From Octopus sinensis (lineage: Eukaryota), in NCBI RefSeq assembly GCF_006345805.1, contig NC_043000.1:145018001-145082000 (forward strand): a stretch of DNA of 64,000 nucleotides, read 5' to 3'. The notes beneath the pieces were generated by a model, which was not told the origin of the DNA, ran no database searches, and saw only the letters and a program-made list of their open reading frames with translations. The position numbers were made by a program, and so were the translations under genes. Each line of letters starts with the position of its first letter. Within the stretch, counting starts at the first letter, position 1. Shown here piece after piece: positions 54,590-64,000 of this stretch.

Positions 54590-55712
54590 ACACTGGTGAC
54601 TGCACAACCTGATAATTGCTAACCGATATGAGTGACAATGACAAAAAATCTTGTGAATAATTGTGGAAAAGATACTAAAGCACTCGATGGTGAGAGTATT
54701 GCATCCGAGAGCCTTAGAATTACTGGAACGGCTCCAGCTTGACTTTATGCTGAAATGCACCTGCTTACACAGCGTAGATGGAACAAACAAGTCGATGCTG
54801 TGGTCATAGAGTGTTACTACCTGAGCAACCCCGTAGACGAATATGGTGAACATATTAGAAGTTACCGACAACGAATGTATGATCAATTCAGAGAAAAATT
54901 TCCGTTTCAACTCACGGAATAAAGATTATCTGATCAAGCAGGAGCTGTAAGAAAACAATCGTTGGTTCACAAAGTAGAGCACAAAGCTATCAAAAGACAG
55001 GTACTGGAAAACAACAGCAGAGGAAACGATGAAAAATACAGTTCTTATTTATAAAAGTAATCTCATAGAAGAAAACAGAGTTCAGATCTCTGATAAACGA
55101 CAGGAGAGGCACAGTAATCGCTTGCTCGATGAGAGACATATGGATGGTCTGGTAAATAAACAATAAAACTAATGGTGATATGGTAGATGGGAAAAAGGCA
55201 ATCTACGACAGAATAAAGGCAATGCTACAGGAGAATGATAACGATATTATTTGCAATTGCAACTATAAAAACGTTGATAAAGTGGAGATAGAACCAAGAA
55301 ACGAAAAATGTGAATGGAATTCTGAAATACATCAGAAAAGAAACATCACAGAAACAGATAATCTGTTGAAGGCAGAAAGTATTGCTGTAGCAGAAAATGT
55401 GGTGTTACGTCTAGAAAAAGGAAAAAAAATAATAGGGGTGACAAAAGTAAATATCGATAGTGGAAAAGAAGAACACAGGCGGGATTAGATATGCTCTCGG
55501 AGTACATTTCTGTGTTAAACCGAAAAGAGAAGGGAGAGCTTCAAAGCGAAAAAAAAATACAGGGCACTGAACAACAAGTATAATATTGAAAGAAAGTGTC
55601 TGAAAGTGTGTAACGGAGGAAATGAAGCAGCGCCTGGTTGCAAGAGAAATCAAAGATCGTAAGATACGACCGAAGAATGAAGGGATACCAGCAGACAATA
55701 TTAATAATAATG

Positions 55713-55792
<80 letters not shown>

Positions 55793-57384
55793 TATAATAA
55801 TAAAAATAAAGATATTACACACATAGAAGGTTTTACAATAATAGATAAGGAAAACCGAAGTTGCTTACTTATCGATCCATCCAGGATCGTAATGATAAAG
55901 GAATGAAAACAAAGAAAATACAATCCTTTTAAATTTGAAATAAGAAGAATTTGGAGCACGTGAACTGTAAAGTTGTGCCTATAATATTTGGTTCGTTGGG
56001 AATAGTAAGCCGAGATATAGACAAATGGCTGCAAACTGAAATAGAATGACAGAAAGACCTCCTACAAAAAGTTTGCCTCTTACTGATAGCATTATCGGGA
56101 TGGTTCTAAGCACTTGAAAGGCTGCCCACACCGTGTGGATATCTGAGGTTACATGTAATAACCTGCTACCCACTTAAATCCTACTAGGAATAAAACCTGA
56201 GCTTTGTTTCTAAAACAATAAAGAAATTAATGATAGGTTCGAAGATAAATCCTTCATATACTTATCGCAAGTTAACACCATTTGATTGATATGAAATAAT
56301 GAGGAGCACAAATAGCTAAGAATGTTGTAAGATGATAGCATAACGGGACGAGAAATGAGAACGTCACAAATGAGTACTAGAATGGAATTAGGAATATGCT
56401 CAAAACAAAATTAAATGGAAAGGACATCATGAAAACCATAAATATTCAGACCACCCCTGTGTTCAGATGCCTTGCTCCCTTTCTGAAATGGACAACGATC
56501 CAACTAAAGAACTTGCACAGAAAAACTAAAAGGCTCTTCACACTGTACAACGAATGCCAGCGTAAAAGGAACACTGACGGACTCGACATAGCAAGACGAA
56601 AGGTGTCAGAAGATTACGAGACTGAGACGATATTGTTAATACTGAGACAGTAAAAGAAATCAAGAAGGAAAGACAGAACAACAGAGCAAACAGATGGAAA
56701 CTAATGGACTACATCTACCATTCATATAACAAATCATAAATGACGAAAGTGAAGATCGCTGGCTCTGGTCGATGGGCGAAAACTTAAAGCGGGAGGCAGA
56801 GATGCTAATTATAGCCGCTGAGGTAGAAAACACAGTCACGCTGCTACTGTAGAATCTGAAGGCAAGAAAACGAAAGCATTTGTCACATTTTGAGTTAGTG
56901 CAGCATCTAGTAAAAATAGTGTTTTAACGGGGAAATGACTGTGTAGGGAAAAGCAAAACCGAGTGTTTACATTCAAAACAACATATATGCATTATGGATA
57001 CAAACTGAAGTCTGTGATAGAAAATGCGAATATCAACATCTATCGGTATCCACATAATGACTGCGTATTCTTGATGCAAAAACGCCGAATATGATCATCG
57101 AAGAGAAGACAATCAAATAGTTTGAGACCACAGATTTTGCAGCTTCCTAGGGTAGCAGAGTCGATACCAAAGATATTAGCAAACATTTGAAAAATTGAAA
57201 AAGATTTGAGAAATTCAGGATCGAGCCAGAGTGCTGAGGAGACTGTGGAAGACCAAGACAACAAGTAACTTTGTAGTAACTGATGCACTCGAAAGAGATT
57301 GGAATTGAAACACACTAAACCCTTTCCGTTTGCAAGTGTCATTGTGTTCCTTCGATCGCTTGTAACAGCCGGTCAAATATGGCG
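54590..57384 (+). mobile_element. Decayed R4/Dong-like non-LTR retrotransposon fragments
   Basis: WNKQVDAVVIECYYLSNP..SYRQRMY..TE*RLSDQA; KIVRYDRRMKGYQQ; IIDKENRSCLLID..IRRIW..VVPIIFGSLG; LKTKLNGKDIMKTIN..LHRKTKRL; second endonuclease DFAAS*GSRVDTK..LRRLWKTKT. Confidence 0.78.
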
Positions 57385-57734
57385 CATTAATCGACTGTTT
57401 GCTACAACATTAGAGTTTCCAACACCGTCGGCATGACCACATAATAATATGAGACTCATTTGGATTTCGATTAATCCTTTCTCGAACGCCCTGAGTAACT
57501 GTCAGCTTCAAAGTCTAAGATGTGTTTGTTTTGGGACGCCATATTTGACCGGCTGTTACAAGCGGTCGAAGTAACACAATGACACTGGCAAACGGAGAGA
57601 GTTTAGTGTGTTTCAATTCCAATCTCTTTCGAGTGCACCAGTTACTACAAAGTTACTTGTTGTCTTTGTCTTCCACAGTCTCCTCAGCTCTCTGGCTCGA
57701 TTCTGAATTTCTCAAATGTTTTTCAATTTCTCAA
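57187..57734. repeat. Fold-back inverted duplication (arms of about 198 bp) with a templated 152-bp spacer
   Basis: 57187-57384 is about revcomp of 57537-57734; spacer 57401-57539 is about revcomp of 58375-58513. Confidence 0.9.
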
Positions 57735-57970
57735 CATTAGTTGATTGTAAGGTTGCATTGATGGAACACATGTAGCCTTTGCTGCAAGAGTATGTACTCA
57801 AAAGTGGAAAGAGTGGAAATTGCAGAAACGAATGACAGAACGGCATCTGTTAAGCAAACGAGTAAAATGTTTGAAAAATAAGTTTCCGTGTAACGTCTTA
57901 CTCGGCAAAGTAAGTTATTAAAAAGTGGTTGAGAATGTTGGTTAAGAAGTGGCGTTCTATGGGATTAGTG

Positions 57971-58358
57971 GATGGAAGCACTCCGTCGGTTACGACGACG
58001 AGGGTTCCGATTGATCCGAATCAACGTAACAGCCTGCTCGTGAAATTAACGTGTAAATGGCTGAGCACTCCACAGACACGTGTACCCTTAACGTAGTTCT
58101 CGGGGATATTCAGCGTGACACAGAGAGTGACAAGGCCGGCCCCTTGAAATACAGGTACAACAGAAACAGGAAGTAAGAGTGAGAGAAAGTTGTGGTGAAA
58201 GAGTACAGCAGGGATCACCACCATCCCCTGCCGGAGCCTCTTGGAGCTTTTTGGTGTTTTCACTCAATAAACACTCACAACGCCCGGTCTGGGAATCGGA
58301 ATCGCGATCCTATGACCGCGCGTCCGCTGCCCTAACCACTGGGCCATTGCGCCTCCAC
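57971..58358 (-). mobile_element. tRNA-derived SINE, family C
   Basis: Near-identical to 34253-34637. Confidence 0.9.
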
Positions 58359-61300
58359 ATGGGGTTAGTGCACAGCGTCCCAAAACAAACACATCTTAGA
58401 CTTTGAAGATGACAGTTATTCAGGGCGTTCGAGAAAGGATTAATCGAAATCAAAATAAGTCTCATATTATAATGTGGTCATGCCGACGGTGTTGGAAAAT
58501 CTAATGCTGTAGCCATATCCTTTCACATATGTACAACAATTAAAAGTGGAGGACAAGAGCAAAACAGTATTTACACTATGCTACAGAACCTGGGCTACTT
58601 ATTTCTGTTGCCATCATGTATTTTGTTCGTGGGGTACGTTTTATGCCTTAGAATAATAGGGATTGCTTATTAGTTTTTATTTTAATATTTCCTCTGCTCA
58701 TGTTCGAATTTATACATTAATTACAATAGGTTTCTCGTTCTCATTCACTCTTAATATACATATTTCAACGGGTTTGTTTAAAGTTTATGTGTGCTTAGAA
58801 AGTGGTCACATTTTCCTTTCCGATGGACTTTTCATTTGCATATAAAAAGGAAGCATTTTGCTATATACACTTAATTTTTGGCAATGTCTATTATAAGAAA
58901 CATAAAATAACTTATGACTTTGCATATGCATAAATTTGGTTTTCATTAACACTGTATCGGCAGCAAACCCGCAACTTATTGTTTCCTTTCATACATTGCA
59001 GTTCCTATGTCTGGTAGCAATCTAACAAAATCACCCACTTTTGTCAATTTTCTATTTGTTGTGTCGCAGAACTCAACTTTGAATATGTTTATCAAATTGA
59101 CTTTCGTATAGCTATTTCAATAAATGTCCTTGTAGAGGAGTTGTTAGCCAAAATCTTAGCATGACATATAATCCCATTTTCAGCAATGACATATTTTTAG
59201 GAATTCGTATTGTAGATTTTAAATCCTTCGTTCAGATGCATGCTGCGTCATCAACTGCTTATATTTGTTGGCTTATATATAGAGGTTTAAAGTAGAACAG
59301 TTATTTGCATTATATCCCATATAATTTATACAATATTTTTTTCATTTATTTTTTAGACATTCTAAAATTCTATTACTTGTGCTGCATGCAAAGATGTTAA
59401 AATATTCTTGGCAAATACATTATTGAGTCGGTTTTTAGTCCTGTTCTTAAACTATATTTACAACATTTTACAGCCTTTGTACCTAGTCATAAAGATTAAC
59501 TTATTATTCGATGGAGAATATCTTAAGATTTATTAATCGTACAAATATATATTATTTATGAGGATATATATATTTTCCAGATCGATAAAATAACTATCAT
59601 TTGAGGATTTGGATCGATGTAATCTACTTGCCTCTATCCCCTGAAATTGCTGACATTGTGCCAAAATTTGAAATCAGTATCGTTCTAGTATGATTATATC
59701 ATGGTTTCTTAATCACCCTTCAATATATTTATTGCACTTTGCATAACTCTTTCCAAATGTATTTTCTTTGGTCTTGTTTTCTCTCTACTGTATCTTCGTG
59801 TAATTGTTAATTCAATTAAGTTTGTCCTTGTCTTCAAGGTTCCCTAAATGCAATTTTCCAATAGGATATTAGCGTCACTTACTTTTATAGGCTTCTGTAT
59901 TCTACGTGAAATATTTGTCATTTGTAGCTGACAACTTCAGACCATCCTCATACAAAATATTTTCATTTCCTGCTGAAGATGTAAGAGCGAGACCAAAACA
60001 GACTAAATGGAGGGAATGCGTTTAGTTGTTTCTTCATTTAATAAAAATGGCTTTACGTAATTCCAGCTTTATTTCTATCTGCAGCACTTTTTCATATTCA
60101 CTCCTTACACCTTGATGTATTTCTTTGTTTTTAAGGTTACTTAATCAGGGCTAATAACTTGAATTGACATTTTTCTGGGGATTTAATGCTGTTCAGTATC
60201 TGCAGACTTTGTGGTACGTCATAGATCGTTAATGTTTCCCATATTTTTCAAACGGGATACTTCTACTTTCGAACATTCTCATCTTTAGATAATCAGCTTT
60301 ATGTGCATAGTGGTCTTCAATATTCTTCTATCTCATTTTATCTAGCACCTGCAATAATGCTCTTCCTCAAAGAAATTTTTTTTTTTCCTTTTCATAGCAA
60401 TGGATTATTTGCAATTTTCTTGACGGTATCTTGTTTTATGCGGCTTTGTATTACGTAAACATTTTGTATGACACGTATTGTTTCTGCAGTATTTATTACT
60501 CTTGTGTGCAATTTTTTCTTATTGCTTTTAGTTGTGTAATTTATCATGTATTCATATATATTCTTTTTATCATATCCCATATGACTGCGGTTTACATTAT
60601 TTCCTTAGATTGGATATTCTAAGATGAGTAGCTTTGAGGAAGAATCTACTATGAACGCCGCTAAACTATTGTTGCTGCATATAATTGATTTTTCTCTGGT
60701 GTATTATGTTCGCATTATTTATTGTTTTAATGTTTATATTCTTACAACTTATTATTTATGTTGACGTTTTCATGCTCTTTGTACTTTTGGCATACGTGCT
60801 CTCTAGGAAGCACTCCTCTATTTTTATACCTCCTATTGTTAAGGCATTGAGAATCTTCTTCAACTACTTACTTTGGCGAGACTAAATTGACTATTATATA
60901 AGGATTATGTTCTTTCCGTAAGTTAAATGTGTAAAATATGGAAGTATTTTTCTGGGAAAGATTAAGGCGTATAATATGCAGATAATATGAAAAGATTACG
61001 TTTTTATCAAATCGCATGCATATGCTGGGAAATTAGTGCAGTCTCACCTGAGATTGCCAATGTAGTCAGGATCTAGCTTGAACTTTCACAAAAGGGAATA
61101 CGTTTGCTTGCAAAATTGTTAGGGAAATGTTATACATGCTATTCAAAATAATTCTTCTGTATTTAAATCTTCAGTTAAATACAATATTTGTATTTATATA
61201 GCTAGTCATTGTTGAATGCATTATCATTCATCCGGTGGTTATAATTGTTGTATTTGCATCTAAAGACTAATGCATAGATGCTGCAATATATTGCGCATAT

Positions 61301-63342
61301 CAGACCAAAGCAATGATATATCTATGTTTTATTTGTTACGTACATACCTATCGTGAAACAATTCGTCATATTTTCGATATTGTCCCTGGTTACGTCATCA
61401 ATGTTAATTTTTGAAGCACAGAAGTAATGATGACAAATATTACTTAACAGGTTTCATTATTAGTAAAGCTTGTTTGGATCTTCATGTGCATACAAAATTC
61501 ACCGGTCTATATCACTGAGCTGATATCTTTCATATCACCTCAGTAGAGTGCAATGAAAATCGCACTGTTGTTGTGTTAATTTCCGATGGAATTAAAGCCA
61601 ATTTCCTACTTGATATCTTTGGTCAAGTCATCTGCATTATACTTCCTCAAAACTTGCTGTATTTTTATAGGGAAGGTGCATACAGCACGAAGGCACTCAC
61701 ACGTCTCACGGGCTTTATTGTCGAGCAACATAGAACAATTCTCATTTACATGTCCCCAAATATAGAAGCCTCATCAACATTCATATCAATCAAATCTAAA
61801 ATTACCCGCTCTTTGTCGCTATACTTGACGGTTTTCTGGATGTCTTCCATGCACCAAAGATTATGTTCTTTTCTTCTATATTTCAATGTGGTAGAGACCC
61901 AGGTTAGCTGTGTGCTTTTCTGGTGTCATTTGGAAGTAAGTAACTGTTTATGCAAATCTTACATTTTCCATTCATTTATGTGCCCCCACTCGTCTCCACT
62001 ATAGTGATAGTGAGACAACAGAATCTATGCTTACGTTGTAAACGTATTCTTTCTTCTTTCGAAAATACCTTTAGATTTAAAGCTTGTAATTCTGAATGGT
62101 AATTTAATTTTGAGTAGTGCCTATGATATATATGAAAGCTTTGCAAAATCAGCTGGATTGACGTTGTCAATGTTTCTAACGCTGCCACAATATAACGCGC
62201 GAAACAAGCCTAAAAGAAGAAATCTGCCTTATCACTTAACAAATAAGCATTTTCCCCTTTTAGTTCAACAAATGTCTTTCTCAATTGGTGTCGTTTAAAA
62301 GCTAACCACTAAATATTTCAAACGGAAGTTGTCTTCATACAATGGAAATAGCATTAGAATAAAGTGTGTTAATATTCACATAGAGTGAGAGTAAATCGAA
62401 TCATATCCCTCAATAACAAAATATTAGAACCATATTTTGCTTTCTGTAATGGAAATCTTCTGTGGGAGTGAAAGATTTGGAGTGACGCGGAAGACTCCTC
62501 CTGATGAAGAAACATCGTGTATTTGTTTTCCTGTATCTAAAAGATTTAAGGGTACTTCCAGTTTCAAAAAATAAGATTGAGATATTACATTGGCGAATAT
62601 ATCAATGGTTTCTGCTCTTGAAGACAGTTTGGATTTTAGAGGGTACTGTTTAGATTCTGAGGAACCGATGTAGAATCGGAAAAGGTTGAGGCGGAAGGAA
62701 AACAACGAAATCTGAATCAGTGTCTGTCGTGTTAGATGCAATATTTTCTCATTTAGCATCTATATACGTAGCGAAACTGAAGTTGTTGGGATTAGAGAAA
62801 ATTTGTCAAAGCTTTGCAGGGTAGAATTTTATGCCAAGCAAGCAGTGAAAGAGAAAACGTGGAATAGGGTACTGATGATCAGAGAATCATCGTTGATGTA
62901 AAGTTCGTTGTAAAATATTCCTGCAATTTAATTATTATTTTTTTTATTATCTGAAACTGAAAAGAAACGTGTGGTAAATATCTCTAAAACTCGGAAGCTT
63001 CTGTAACACATATATGACAACTACATCATATTGCAAGGAAAACTATGTAAGAATGTAATTTTGTCCTATATCAGCCTACCTGCAGTGGCGACAGCAGTTG
63101 TAACACGTACAAAATTAGCGGTAAAAACAGTAAACAATAGCATCAGCTGTAACAATAGGAGTAAAAATGTAAGTAGTAATGCGTGTTTACCTATACAACA
63201 ATATATCTTCTTACCCGCATATGTATACGCACACACACACATGCACAAACAAGCACATACACACACACATGTATATGCAGAAAGAGAGAGAGAGAGAGAT
63301 GCACATAAGCGCTGGCGCAAACATGAATGAATGTTAACAATA

Positions 63343-63735
63343 TCTTTATATATAAAAGTGAAGTTGTGTGTCTGTCTCCTACAATTTAGATTCCTAAGTA
63401 CTCCCACATTTTGCGGTGCAGTGTAACCAAAAGCGGGTATCTTATAGTCGTGATTCATATCGAGCCTTTCTGGGTATTAACGCGCGTCTACGATGAGTCT
63501 ACGATTTAAAAAAAATTACCATCGTTTTTTCCCATTTTTAATGCATTTTTTTGCTATTATATAAGGGATGTAACTCTCTAAAAATGTATTATTAAATCTC
63601 AGAACGTAAAAAGCTACAGTAATACCGCCCTTTGTGGTTAGCCATATTGAGATGGCTATTAAACTTTACATCTCTAAAAATTCCTAAAAAGTTATTTCCC
63701 TTACAAACCCGAGCAACGCCGGCCGATACTGCTAG
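63343..63735 (+). mobile_element. Non-autonomous Helitron
   Basis: 5' A|TCTTTATATATAAAAG; 3' GC-rich hairpin-like CCCGAGCAACGCCGG followed by CTAG|T; no target-site duplication. Confidence 0.8.
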
Positions 63736-64000
63736 TATTATACAAAATCCAAATATCCATATCGCACATCTTCTTCGATATCTTTGTATACATAGGGATA
63801 TATAGAAAAATAAATCTCAAAGTATTGGCAAAAGGAACTGAGTGTGTTTGCCTGTTTCAATGGCATTTGTTCCATTTGTTGTTTGCCGATGGCTTACTTC
63901 AGAACTTATAATCAATACTGTAATGTCCAGGTAGCTATATTTGATTAGCAAGCGAAAAGGTGCCGATAAACGTTAAGGTGGTAAACTTTAGATTTTTCCT

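Noticed and set aside
61573-62004. 143-aa plus-strand ORF as a gene
   Set aside because: Non-ATG start and no known motif; it may just be the antisense shadow of the minus-strand frames
62501-62521. CTGATGA-A-GAAA-CATCGTGT-A hammerhead-like motif
   Set aside because: Only 1 nt between the boxes, no helix I pairing and no microsatellite-docked tail, so probably chance

Overview
AT-rich, microsatellite-dense eukaryotic DNA. The tRNA-derived SINE families and overall composition look like an octopod cephalopod (Octopus-like); this is recognition and was not verified by a search. I could not confidently identify any host protein-coding gene, rRNA, true tRNA or CRISPR array, and most listed ORFs are microsatellite artefacts. 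The window is a mosaic of mobile DNA: two Penelope-like element (PLE) remnants with GIY-YIG endonuclease, a nearly intact 5'-truncated CR1-type LINE, HERO-like and R4/Dong-like non-LTR fragments with restriction-like endonuclease, several Tc1/mariner relics (DD34D-type, one DD37D, one Tc1-like, one MITE), a non-autonomous Helitron and four SINE families. The main unexplained signal is a set of short elements that carry type I hammerhead ribozyme (HHR) motifs (4 canonical-core copies in two palindromes, 2 copies sharing a CUGUUGA core variant, and several decayed or doubtful ones). Their roughly 90-180 nt 3' tails abut (TA)n/(CA)n microsatellites. Alongside them are five fold-back inversions, two of which enclose a 140-160 bp copy of sequence from about 1 kb away. 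All coordinates were counted by hand and may be off by a few bases.
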